Shown here piece by piece: positions 52,210 to 64,000 of a stretch of DNA of 64,000 nucleotides; position 1 is the stretch's first letter, and each line of letters opens with the position of its first letter. This DNA comes from Hydrolagus affinis (lineage: Eukaryota). A program made the position numbers and the translations under genes. Where the stretch lies: NCBI GenBank assembly GCA_012026655.1, contig JAAILG010000325.1, positions 1 to 64,000 on the forward strand. Direction: 5' to 3'. Under the pieces are notes generated by a model, which saw nothing but the letters and a program-made list of their open reading frames with translations, was not told the DNA's origin and did no database searches.

Positions 52210-52464
52210 TCACGACTGTCTGTCCCAAATGACATCTTGTTTAATTGTCTCGGTCCTTATGTAGGAGGTCGTTATCGGCATGTCCTGCTTTCTGGAAGAC
52301 ATTTTACAGCACAATATCCTGGCCAGACCCTTCTTCACCACAGATGTGTTTAAAATGATGAAAATCCACGGGTCGATGATTGAATTAAAGGACAAGAACC
52401 TGAGAGCGCTGAGGTCGCTCTCGTGACGTTCGTCAGGAGCAATTGCCCCAATGTACGCCCGAAC
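52210..52464 (-). CDS. PTGER2: PTGER2 coding exon 2 (ECL3, TM7, C-tail)
   Basis: ttttgtcag acceptor, VRAYIGAIAPDERHESDLSALRFLSFNSIIDPWIFIILNTSVVKKGLARILCC...WDRQS-stop. Confidence 0.93.
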   Translation of the reverse strand, partial: VRAYIGAIAPDERHESDLSALRFLSFNSIIDPWIFIILNTSVVKKGLARILCCKMSSRKQDMPITTSYIRTETIKQDVIWDRQS

Positions 52465-54432
52465 CTGACAAAAGACAGAAAGGTCAGTTTTTTTTTAGCG
52501 CAAGGCGAAATCGAGCTTCAGAAAGTGACAATATTTTAATTTCTGGGGAAAACACATTATCACGACAATAAAGATGGTCTTTAAGGAAGATGTGGTGCGA
52601 ATGTACATCTGTTGCCGTTGATTGCTGTGAAAGTATATCTGATGCAGTTTATTACTACAGCAACTGCATGCAGGGTAGCGCCCAGAACACTTAAATGCTG
52701 AGTATGTCTATGAAATAAGACTATGTCTATTAAAAATTACTCTTAAGTGTGTTTATATTACTGTTATCACTGTAAATGTGTAGGTAGAAGAGGGGCTCAC
52801 ACTTTTTTATTTTAAATTGAAAACAACAGAGTTAGTGTGGCTTGCTATTGGTATCCATCACAGCAGCTCCCCATAGCAGTACCTCTAACTTAATAATACT
52901 AATCCTTGTATTTGATGTAAGGCCTTGTTATGCAGTTGAAATGCCCCAAAGCACTTCATAGAATATCCTGCAAAGTGGTTTGTGGGTGAAATGCGTCAGC
53001 TAACTTGTTACAGCAGTATCCCAGAAACAGTCGTGGATTGAGTGAAGACCACATTTTTAATTTAATACCAATAATAATCCTTGCATTTGGTGCAGTGCCT
53101 CAACACGCTGTTGCTAGGCCTTAAACCGCTTCAAGGAATCTACCGCAAACTGTGCATTTTGTGGGCGAAACAGCAACAACAAATCAGAGCGATTATTACT
53201 CCTGGAAACAAATCTGCCAAAATAACTAAACAACCGGATAAATAATCAGAATAATAAGAATAAAATTACATTGGATATAGTGAATTGACTGTCCTGTGTG
53301 TATATGTATATATATATAATAATCCCTCCAAAAACAACACAATCATAAAATTGGTCACTTCAATCCACGGCTGTTTGTGGGGACACCGCTGTGCGCAATC
53401 GACTGCCGCGTTTCGCCCACAAGTACACAGTCAATTCACTTTACAGTACAGTCTGTGAAGTGCTTTGGGACGTCTAGAAGACATGAAAAGTGCTACATCA
53501 AATGCAAGGATTATTATATATACATATATATATATGAAATACCAAGGATCCCTACTTGCTTACTATTAAATCAAACAGGTGAGTGAGTGAGTGATGAGTG
53601 AGTGTAAGAAACTTGTCCTAAACTCTGGGGCTGTCTGTCTTTGGCAACTCACCGTGAGCGGCACGGAGCAGATCACGAAGATGATGGTCATGATGACTAG
53701 CAGCACCAGGTGATTGGTTTCCTCCGAGTAGGAGAAGCGGTCTCTCCTCCGGGCGCCCGGCAGAGTCGAGCCCCGGCGGGCGCTTTGCCGGCGGGACATC
53801 CGACACAGGTTCACGAAGACCGAGAGGTTACACAGCAGGATCGAGACGATCAGGAGCTCCATCAGCGTGGCGTACAGCACCGAGTACACCAGGTGCCTGG
53901 TGGCCGTCGAGCTCATCCGAATAAAGCACCAGGTCCCCGGTTCGTATTGCTCGTTCTCCCCGAAGTTCAACTGGGGCAGGAGGCAGAAGAGGAGGCAGAA
54001 GACGTAGATGACCGACAAGGTGACGGGACCGCAGCGTTTGCTGGCGTGTCTCTGGTACAGGTAAGGGTGGCCGATGGACAGGCAGCGCTCCACCGCCATG
54101 GCGAACAGGATGAACATGGAAACCAGTCCGAAGAAAGCCATGGTGAAGGCGCAGTACTGGCACAAGTCCAGCTTCATCAGGTTCTTCTTCAGGGCATAAG
54201 ACGCCAACACCAGCGGGCTGATCAGTAAAGTCCCCGCCAGGTCGGTGACCAGCAGCCCGGTCACTAAGATGTGGAAGAGAGACACTCGGCTCCTGTTGTC
54301 TTTCTTGTGTAGTCCCAATATGACCAGAGCCACCAGGTTGCCCGTCACCCCGGCTGTGAACATGAGGGCGCTGGTCAGAGGACCCCCAGAGTCAGAGATG
54401 TTACCGTTGCTCTTGAAAGACTCATTGAGCAT
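52210..54432 (-). CDS. PTGER2: Prostaglandin E2 receptor EP2 subtype (class A GPCR), 2 coding exons, about 344 aa
   Basis: Seven hydrophobic segments with prostanoid-receptor motifs: SALMFTAGVTGNLVAL, TDLAGT, MAVERCLSIGHPY, PGTWCFI, CSVPLT|VRAY, ALRFLSFNSIIDPWIF. Phase-0 intron at the end of TM6 as typical for the family; convergent with TXNDC16 as at the human locus. Confidence 0.92.
53320..53516 (+). mobile_element. Deu-SINE (headless) in the PTGER2 intron; opposite-orientation fragments at about 52890-53045 and 53070-53170
   Basis: Deu core and tail on + strand; aataatccttgcattt tails on the opposite strand. Confidence 0.85.
53653..54432 (-). CDS. PTGER2: PTGER2 coding exon 1 (TM1-TM6, 260 codons)
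   Basis: gccATG start; ORF 53566-54432; donor ACG|gtgagt at 53652; GC/CpG-rich. Confidence 0.93.
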
Positions 54433-54519
54433 GGCTCATTCACTCTCCTCACACCCTGCCCCAGCCACACGGTAACACACCAATAACACAACACACTAAC
54501 ACAACTAACACTAATTGAG

Positions 54520-54573
54520 TCTCTTTCTTTCTTTCTTTCTTTCTTTCTCTCTCTCTCTCTCTCTATCTCTTTC
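54520..54573. repeat. (tctt)n(ct)n microsatellite about 90 bp upstream of the PTGER2 start codon
   Basis: ctctttctttctttctttctttctttctctctctctctctctctatctctttc. Confidence 0.9.
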
Positions 54574-57039
54574 AATCAACAATCACAAATCCCAGATGTC
54601 ACAACCTCATCCTTTTTCATTTCATCCCCTTGTTTTTTGTGTGTAGGGGTGGAGGGGGGGAGGGGGGGGGGGGAAGGAGGAAGGGTTGTTTTCGTCCTTT
54701 TATGTTGGAAAAAATCTTTCTTTCAAATATCTGAAAAAACCTCCCTTTCTATATATAATATACTGTATATAACAATTCAGCAATACGAAAAATACAGATG
54801 AAAAGAATTGAAATACAAACGCGCCGACACAAACTGTACCAAAAATACACTCTCTCTCCTCTCAACAACATACAAACTCTTCCATATATATTTATACACA
54901 CTATATATAGAGAATAAAATATATATAGATGTGTATCTATATATAATAAAACACGAAAACGAGTAAAATACAGTCGATTGCCTCTTAAAATTCCTTGTCC
55001 TTTCTTCTCTGCCTTTCTCTCCCAGAGAGAAATCCAAAATAATCCAAACGACCAGCCTCCCCCACCACTCCTCCTCCTCCTCCTCTCCAAGTCAAACAAT
55101 GTGATGGGAATCGAGACACTGGGAACGTGCGATGTGGTTTGAAGAGACAGTCAGAGAGAGTGAACTCGAAGTTACTTGAGCAACATTTGATGTTGGTGGA
55201 GAGCTTTCTAACGCAGGATCAACTCTCCCTTGCTCTCTCCCTCCTCGACGTCGCTTCAGGCTGACGAATCTATTTCCTTCAACGTTGACCTGGGTTGACC
55301 TGCCTCTCTTTGCTGCTCCCGTCAACTCCAGAGAGGCTCCAGAGATACCCGGCTCCCCCTCACCCTCTCGCCAACAGCCGATGGTGACAGGACTGAGAGC
55401 TGTGGGAACTCAGTGCAGTACAGACACAGTGTGGTCAGTCAGTCAGTGAGTCACTCAACCTAGCGCCGACAGAGAGGATGTTTCCCTTCCCCAGCTTCTC
55501 GTTTCACATCTCAAAGCTTCCAGTCACTTCATCTGGAAGTTCACTCACAATCTGTCAACTCATCGATTTCCCTTTATGCCCCCACCCCCACCTCTCACTC
55601 ACTCTCACTCTCGCAAATATCTCTATAAGGGTTTTCCCACCGCTTCAGCTTGTGATTGGATAAACCACATTGGGTGGGTTAGGTAGGTAGGTAGGTGGGT
55701 GGGGGAAGGGAGAAGGGAGGGAGGGAGGGAGTTTGTAGGGGAGGAAGCGACGAAGAAAGCGTTTCCGATTAAATGCTACACATTTGACCACGAGGGGTGG
55801 GCTGGGCTGGGCTCCAACAACATGTTTCTTTTCCGACATGAATTGGAAATTCTTGAATTAAAAGAAATATATATATATATAAATAAACATAAAAATATGT
55901 TATCTACTTTATAAAGCAAACTCTCAAGTGTCAAACCACTGGAATTTTGGCTTGCGAAATAAACCTTGGGTCCAAATTGCGGTATTTCATTACATGGGAC
56001 GCTTTGGTAAGGAGTCAAAGTTGCGTGGATGGTCACCGTTAGTATTTTATTACCATAATAAATTACATTTATGTAGCGCCTTTCATGTCGGCAGGATACT
56101 CCCAACGCCTTGGAAACATTCCGTTGACCTTTGGGAATTTTGCTCTATTTACGATCTACTTCTGGAATTATGCTTTCCTGGTATTTCCCTGGATGGCACT
56201 TTCCAGCGTGTGTTAACTGGATACTCTACTGTATCTGCTAAACTTTGCCCCTTATTATTTACATTTGGGGGATTTGACTCATTCAACCTTCTGATGCTGA
56301 ATCAAGTTCAGGTCACAGCGGAGGTGGTAGGTACCAGTAAAAGATGAATGGTTCAAGTCAGTGCTGACATTCAAATGTCAGCCTGGTTCAGTTGGTACTG
56401 ATAACATTCTGAGTCAGCCAGTTCAGTGGAAGCCAAAACCCAATGCCCTTAACACAGTCTTAAGTTGTTGGAAGTGATGGCTGGAACCCTTTATGATGCA
56501 CCATGACAATAGAATAAGGTTGAAATAAATAGGTTCATAGAGTTGCAAAGGGAAATTTCAGGAAGTTTTTTTTTACTAAAGGGAAATTTATGGATGCAAA
56601 GGAAATGTTTCTTCTGAAGGAGGTTAAGGGAGATTTAAAATTATTTTAAAATTCCTGGATACACGCATGCTAATATATTCGTGATACAAGGCATAAGCCG
56701 TAAGGTATAGTAAAGAATTGCCAGCATCTATGTAGGGAGACAAAAAGTCTTGTAAGATGTAAAAAAATGTGACTTCAAGAAGAGAGAAGAGAGGAACTGG
56801 TAAAATGAGCAGAATGGATTTTTTTTTCTCATTTCCCATTCGCATTTTAAAGTTCACCAGTAAATGATGTTTGCTTTTCTTAGATTAAATAGGATTTTTG
56901 TTTCCCTCCCCTTATTGAGAGTATATAATTAGATCATTTTAGTTTAAATGTTGATGGCACATGGATTTTCCATTGAGTGGGAGAAGTCTGCTTTATAACT
57001 TTAACATCTCTCATTTGACATTTCCAGTCTTGTTGATGG

Positions 57040-57757
57040 ATATGTTAAGGGTCAGCCTTTTCAAACAGAGTTGAGGAAACATTTCTTCACTCAGATGGTA
57101 GCGAATTTATAGAATCCTCTACCCCAGAAGGCTGTGGATAATAATAATAATCTTTGCATTTGATATAGTGCTTTTCACGTCTTCTAGACATCTCAAAACG
57201 CTTCACAGAATATACTGTACAGTGAATTGACTGCATATTTATAGGCGAAACGCGGCAGCCAATTGCTCACAGCAGTGACCCACAAACAGTTGTGGATTGC
57301 AATGACCAATTTATTATTGGTTTTTTTTGAGAGATTAGTATTAGGCATGTGGAGTAAGGAACCTTGCTCAAGATTTCACCCTGTCTGGATTCGAACAGTG
57401 GTCTCACGCTTGTAAGGTGAGTGCTCTAACTACTGAACCACAGAACCCCATGATTTTTGTATTATTTACTGTCTTAGCCACTTATGCTGCTCGGGGGTTA
57501 AAGTATGAATCAGGTAGTTCTGTCAGAGAGCAGTGGCAGGAGTGAGGAGCCATACCGCCTTTACAGCCAGAGTGTACATTCAAGACTCAAGAGTGAGATT
57601 GATAGATTTCCAAAGGATAGAGTGATTAAGAGAATATGGGGATAAGGTGGGTAAATGGAATTAGGTTAGAAGATAAGCCATGATCTTATTAAATGGCGGG
57701 GCAGACTCGAAGGGCTGAATGGCCTACAACTGCTCCTATTTCTGATGTTCTTAATGT
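57040..57757 (+). mobile_element. CR1-type LINE 3' end, split by a Deu-SINE
   Basis: gaggaaacatttcttcactcagatggtagcgaat...ccccagaaggctgtggat, then gagattgatagatt...gactcgaagggctgaatggcctac...gctcctatttctgatgttctt. Confidence 0.8.
57139..57449 (-). mobile_element. Deu-SINE, full length
   Basis: Reverse complement of the consensus, B box ggattcgaac, head gtgctctaactactgaaccacag. Confidence 0.9.
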
Positions 57758-58039
57758 TCCAAGTTGTGGATGTGCACTTCATGAAAGAGAACAATTGTGT
57801 TACTCAAACACACACCCTACTGGCCGCTTACAGAATAAGTCTGGGCAAATATGCTCTTAGTCAAAAAGATGTGTGGCAGCTTCTTTACACAGCGATACAA
57901 GTGGTTGAAAAATGGAACAAAATAAAAGACTCAATTTATGGAGTGAAATTGCCCCCTGTCGACAGAATGGGAAAATAATTCTGCACAAGTCAAAAACAGA
58001 TCCTAGCCAGAATGAGAGGATTTTAAGCACAATGCAAGT

Positions 58040-58225
58040 TGATGTTATTGTTTGTTGTTACCGGTGTGTGTGTTACCGGTGTGTGTTTGGTTGTTGTTAT
58101 TGTTGCTGTTGTTGCATTTGTGTTTGTTTATTTGTGTTGATCTGTTGTTGTTGCGGTTGTATGTGTTGTTTGTTGTTGAACTCGTGGTGGTGATGGCGGT
58201 GGTAATGGCTATTGTTGGCGTTGTG
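58040..58225. repeat. Degenerate (ttg)/(tg) low-complexity tract
   Basis: Includes tandem tgttaccggtgtgtg units and many ttg repeats. Confidence 0.8.
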
Positions 58226-61200
58226 TATTTTTTTTCTAAATGAATAAAGAAAGGTTGAGTGGGCTCAAGAAGGATGAGGGCAACAATGATGGGAGTAACA
58301 ACTAGTGGCTAAGCTAAGATGGATAAGACAAAATTCAGCCAGTGTGGCTGAGTAGTGATGACCTTGCCACTAATTTTTGCCTCCATGCCACAGTTACCAT
58401 ATCTGTGTAGGTATGATGAGCATAACAACTCAATGAGTTGATTCCCACTTTCTCCTGAGGGCTTCCACAGATTTTCCAGGCAGGTTGTAATTTTATTCCG
58501 TGGAGTATTCTCGGGGAACTTTCTTATCAATCCAACAACAACTTGTATTTATATAGCGCCCTCCACGCTGGGTGGTGTCTCAGGGCACAATCCACTGTGT
58601 CAGCAATCCTGGCTTCTGGCATTTATGTTCAGGATATTTTACAAACAGAATGTTTAAATCAAAATGAATTGTAAAATTCTCATGGCATTTTTATTGAGCC
58701 TGTAAATATAATCAGATCTGCCTCATGATATGATGAACAATTACCTTGACCTATATTTTATTTTCGGAGTTAATACAACAACAACAACAATTTTTAAAAT
58801 CTGTATAGCAACTTTCATAATAGCTAATAACTGAATACGAAGCATTTACTGTGGATATCACTTGGGCAATCTGAATACAAATATACACATCCCATTAAAA
58901 CGAGAAATATAATGCTGGCTGTTTCTTGGAAAAATAAAACAATGCTTTGGATTATTTCCATAATCAACATTGCATTCTTCGTAAGACTTTTTAAAAAAAA
59001 GTCAAAAAGTGATTTGCAGCGAAAGAATAGTCAAGTGTTTTTAGTTTTACATTTTTAAAATAGAAGTCTGAGCTCACCAAGGCAAACTGAACATACAAGA
59101 ACACGTATTTATACTGTGATGATGGGAATATAGATTTTATAGATATGAGTCTCTTCAGTGTTACATTTTTAGACAAAGAAATTTACTGTACTGTCTGCTT
59201 CCTATTGTTTAAGGTTCCTAATGATGAAAATTACTTGAGTAAATTATAACCGAGTCCAGTGCACATCTAAACAAGTTATCAGCTAGCTGTCTTAATTACA
59301 GTTATGTTTATTGGCTATCTTGTCATCGCTCAAATCAATCTGTTTGCACAGCAGTTAACCATCTGTCCTTTGTCTCCTTCTCACTGGCTTTTTTTCACAT
59401 TCAATTATCACTGAATCGAATCACTCTTTTGTTGACTAGCCCATTCTGGAACTTTTAACTTCTTTCACATCTTGTGCTCTCATTGTACACACAATGTTAT
59501 TTGAGCAGAAACAACAGCCAAACCACTAGATCTTGTGCATTTCCTTCAACTGAAGATGTTTTTTTTAGTTCCTCAGATACATATTTTTGATGTGTATTAT
59601 AAATCTAACCAAAAACCACTACCTCAATAGCTCTGGAGTCCTTGTCAATATTTTAGCTTAATTATCTTCTTGAATCCTGATGGTAATCAACAACTCTCCT
59701 AAATTACTTAAACTGGCTCTATTTACTTTTTCAATTCATCATGTACCATTGTCCCTCAACAACACCCAAAGGAGGTAAAGAGGGGACTCCCTATTTCTAC
59801 CAACATGCTGAAATATTTACATTTAATCCATCTGTCGACTGAAAACAAGCAAATACATTTACAAAAGCGTTAAATGAAAGCACGCTCCCAATTAAACACT
59901 ACCAATCCCAAATGCAAACTGAAGTGTTATCAGATGCAATTATTTCAATCACAGTTGATTTTCTGAAATATCAAATGAGATTGTTGAAACATTTGATTGT
60001 GATACATTCAGATGTATTTCTCTTTAGAAAATCTGTACATAACCCATCTTATAATTAACTGTTCTATTTCATGAAACTCAATTGCTTTTGCTTATTCTAT
60101 CAATTGTTCAGTTCATGAAAGATTTGTATTTCTTACCACACTGTTTGGAAAAAATTCCACCCAGGTCTAGATGTACTCTATTTATGCAGCATTGAGAGCT
60201 CCAGAATTTCGCAAATTCTTAAATACAGCCCTAATCTTTGAACCTGATATATTGTTCTTGGAGTCCATGTGGACTCTCTCTGCCCATGGATTTTGAAAGA
60301 CTTGTACGAGTTGAAACACTGAAAGCAAAACATGGAAGCAGACACGCTGAAAATATTAAATCTGCAGCAGTCCTTTCCTTTTCTGCCCTCTAGCAGTGAA
60401 TGAAGTTTAAGAAATCAACAATATGAACACCAGATCACAATGACAAGATTGATTTGGATTGTGGAGTCCTGTACTTTGTGGAGTCCTGTAGCTCAGTGGT
60501 TAGAGCACTCGGCTTGTCAAGGTTGAGGTTTTGCTGGATTTCCTTCAATATAAGCAAGCACACCCAAGGTTTCTAACCTTCTCAATCAGGCAAATTTCAA
60601 TGCCAATCATTCATTTTGAGGGCAATGCTCCAGAAAAACATCTTATTTTCCTTTGGGAGGATTGGGAAAAACTTAGTTAAACTGATTCAAATTTTCATTG
60701 ACCCATAAGGGTACCAAGATAATTATTCTTAAACGTCGCACAAAGAAGTGACTATATTTAGGTTTCACAAAGGGTAAATAAAATAGCATTTTGTTTATAA
60801 AAAAATGAAATTGGTTAATTTTACAAATATGAAACTAATTTTCAAAAATCTTTGTAACGCAGGGAAAATAAATGGATTTGTATTGTAGCATTAGACTATT
60901 TTTAAAATGTCATCTCAAGGGATGAGATAATGTCATTTTTAAATCCAAATAAGTCTCGATCATTTACTGAGCAATGCGATACTAATCCTGGAAAATACTT
61001 CACTTTATGGGTAAGCGACTTTCGGAAACTTGGACTAGGCATCATGCTGTGAATAATGTGACGTGTTTTACTGGAAGCTGAGCACAATTTATCAGTAGAT
61101 CTGTCATTGTGTCCAATATGTGAAGATAATTTTGGATGGTTACAAATGGATCAGAAAGGTCCATTTTTGGTAGCTGAGGGTTGGAATGCCGGATTTGAGA

Positions 61201-61440
61201 AATGACACCAAATTACATTTGTAAAGATCCTTTCATGTAAGGTGGGTATCCCAAGGCACTGAAACATCCCTGGGCTGCACAAGCAATGTTTTTATGTTTT
61301 GCTCTTCAGAAACATAACCGATAAGAATGGTATAGAAAATTCTGTTTAAAATCGTATAACTGAATTGTTATTTCATTTCACTATCTAAATTTCATACAAA
61401 TTTCAAAACAATAATAGCCTTTTATCAGTAAATATATATG

Positions 61441-61641
61441 TAGTAAAAGTCCGTTTATCCAGCACCCTCGGGACCTGGCCAATGCCGGTTAAAGCGAGTG
61501 CCGGTTATTTGGCCGAAAAAGAAAAAAGAAATAAAAAAAATTGCAGATAAATTCCGATTAATCGAATGCGGACTTTTTTTTGAGGTGCCGGTTATAAGGA
61601 AGTTACGATTGATCGGGTCACGGATAAACAGGCTTTTACTG
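61441..61641. mobile_element. Non-autonomous pogo/Tigger-like DNA transposon (MITE), about 200 bp
   Basis: TIRs tagtaaaagtccgtttatcc and ggataaacaggcttttactg, set in a TA-repeat context; CpG-rich interior. Confidence 0.8.
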
Positions 61642-63544
61642 TATATATATGCAAGCATAATCATTCAATCCAGAGTAAACGGTGGAAGAATGAAATAATG
61701 AAATGGATTAAAACATATACCATTTAATAGCGCTAACAATGAACTAAATCATAATCTCGAATTGAAATAATATATGCATCAGGTTAATTTTTAAGTCATA
61801 AAATAAAAACACAAAATAGCAACTCAGCATATGAAATCTATGGAATTACAATGGAGTACAGTTCAGGTGCTAGGGCCCACCTGGATTCAACTGGTCCTGG
61901 TAGCCTGGCAAAGAGGACAAGGTGCCAGGCACAGATTGGACAAGTGTGGTCACAGTTACTAAAAGCAGACAACTGGGTACACCAATTGAGGGCCAGGGGC
62001 ATTGATGACGAGTAGTCAGTTCAATGGGTGGAGGGAGAGGTGGGGTAGAAGCATAGTTAATGTGGGTACTGAGTCCTGAAATGGTTCATCGTCTGAATGC
62101 AATCCTCCCAAGGGCCAAATGTGGTAGTCCACTGATTGGACTACCTTGTCTTAGTTTATTGCTGGCAACAGAACCTCAACCAACATTCTTGCACAATGTG
62201 CAGTTAAAGTTGAAGAAGAGTCCTGCGAACCACAAGTCAGGATATTGCTCTCGTTGTTATCAAAATAACTCACACTGAGCATCAGAAACTAGCATGATAC
62301 AGTAATTTCAGGATATTTTGAGAAAACATGCTCAACTGGACACTAGAGATACAAAGGGTTGTGGTAAAAGAGAATTTAAATTTGACAATGGATGGAAAAA
62401 GCTCCCTCCCCCGATCCTATTTTTCTACTGGGCATCCACAACAGTAACAACAAGAAAATTACATTTGTATAGCAAATGCAGCGAAGCACAAATAAATGAT
62501 TCAATTCATCTCTTGAGCATATTCAGAATGATATTAATTTGTTTTTTTTCTTTCGGTTGAATATCCTGGATCAAAAGCAAAAAGGAGGAGTGCAGAGAAC
62601 CATGAAGAATACCGAGTCCCATTTGGAATTTTATACAATCTTACTTTCCCAGACATCTCATTTCAAGGCATATTCTTTCTCATGATGATTGAACATGCAT
62701 ACAGCATAAAATGAGCATTGAGCATATTAAATGCTGGGCTGCGGTGGCTGGAATGTCACCAGCTTCAGCTAATGTTTATGTAGGGTTTATTTGTCCTGCT
62801 GTTAGAGATGTGATAAGGAGCTATATCAAATGCAAGGTGTATTACTGTATTAATGTTTGTCCCATTGCTAAGTTTCACTGTGAACAAAAGAGATTGAGCC
62901 TCTACTGTTTTAATTCACTGAATACACAGTCATGGGGAATGGTTGTGTTTAGACAGAAAATAAGTCAGTGCCAGCCAGCTGTTTCCAAAAACATGCACTA
63001 TTATCTGCCTTTAAAAAAAATGTTTTATTTGTCACAGATGTCAGCTGTTGATTTGTAGAACGGAGATTTTTTTTCACTTTTGGCAGTTGTGAATAGCACC
63101 GCCTTAAAATAAAGTATTATCTCTGATGTTTCTAACATATGCCCAAACCATGCAGGCAAATACAGTATTAAGCATGACACAAAATATTCCTCCAAAACAT
63201 TTCATGAACAATATTTATACTGGAACACAATGATCTCCATGTTGTTGGAACTGTAGTGAGGGAAGACCTGAAGGAAGAAGTTTCCTTTATTCATCCTGTA
63301 AGTGATAAGAAAGAGAGCCACGTTTGTGCAGTGGAGAAATGGTGATAGATAAATATTCTGCTTTTTTTCCCTCTATTGTTTTTTAAGTTTGCCCCATGAA
63401 ACTGACTGAAATCCTTCACTGGGTAGATTTTGTGTCTTCTTTAGAAGAAACAGACTTGATAGGGCAATCAAACCAGTATTTATTTGGTACCCTTGCCATT
63501 GAAACCAAGATAAATTAATTTATCTTTTCAAATAATGCCAAGGT

Positions 63545-63783
63545 CCTTTGGCAAGTTTCCTTATTCCACATTCCTGACAATAATCCCCCGCACCCAAAAA
63601 ACCCAATAATAAATTGGTCATTTCAATTCACGACCATTTGTGGGACACTACTGTGTGCAATTGGTTGCCGAATTTCGCCGACATATATACAGTCAATTCA
63701 CTTTACAGTATAGTCTGTGAAGCGCTTTGAGATGTCTAGAGGACCTGAAAATTGCTATATCAAATGGAAGGATTATTATTATT
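63545..63783 (+). mobile_element. Deu-SINE, 5' truncated
   Basis: ggcaagtttccttattccaca...Deu core...ggattattattatt. Confidence 0.88.
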
Positions 63784-64000
63784 TCCTCTACGTGACCCGT
63801 CTGTTTTAACTCTTATCAGCCATTCATTATTCTATTGCCACTAACATGTCTAAAGAAAGTCTTGCTCTACCCGTCACTTTGTTTGGCTAATTTTATCTCA
63901 TATATCATCTGAGCAGCTTTTCTATAGAGTTTCTATTTCTCTTGTTGAATCTATTATCAGCCTGACTCAGTTGGTAACACGCTCGTTGTCAAATCAGAAG

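Noticed and set aside
53618-54475. Overlapping ORFs of 172, 111, 76 and 62 aa on both strands
   Set aside because: Shadow frames of the GC-rich PTGER2 exon with no recognisable protein features
57912-58243. Cys-rich and Leu/Val-rich ORFs resembling metallothionein or a membrane peptide
   Set aside because: Produced by the (ttg)/(tg) low-complexity tract
1-64000. CRISPR array, operon or defence-system interpretation of the recurring palindromic repeats
   Set aside because: The DNA is eukaryotic with spliceosomal introns; the repeats are dispersed, diverged retroposon tails without regular spacers or cas genes

Overview
AT-rich, repeat-dense vertebrate genomic DNA, most likely from a cartilaginous fish (possibly a chimaera such as Callorhinchus; inferred only from the Deu-domain SINE, L2 and CR1 repeat content). 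It holds two convergently transcribed protein-coding genes. TXNDC16 (ERp90, PDI family) is on the + strand with 19 coding exons, 1056-18055, about 831 aa; it needs one GC-AG intron and ends in an exposed HSEL ER-retrieval-like motif. PTGER2 (prostaglandin E2 receptor EP2) is on the - strand with 2 coding exons, 54432-52210, about 344 aa. The tail-to-tail arrangement matches my recollection of the human chr14 locus. The rest is intronic or intergenic DNA filled with a tRNA-headed Deu-SINE family, an older SacSINE1/AmnSINE1-like SINE, L2 and CR1 LINE 3' ends, a pogo/Tigger-like MITE and microsatellites. I found no evidence of a novel multi-gene system. The points most worth a second look are a ~1.4 kb long-inverted-repeat structure, covarying SINE/LINE 3' stem-loops, nested insertions, uORFs, and lineage-specific protein motif differences. 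All exon boundaries were read by hand and compared with remembered human proteins, with no alignment run.
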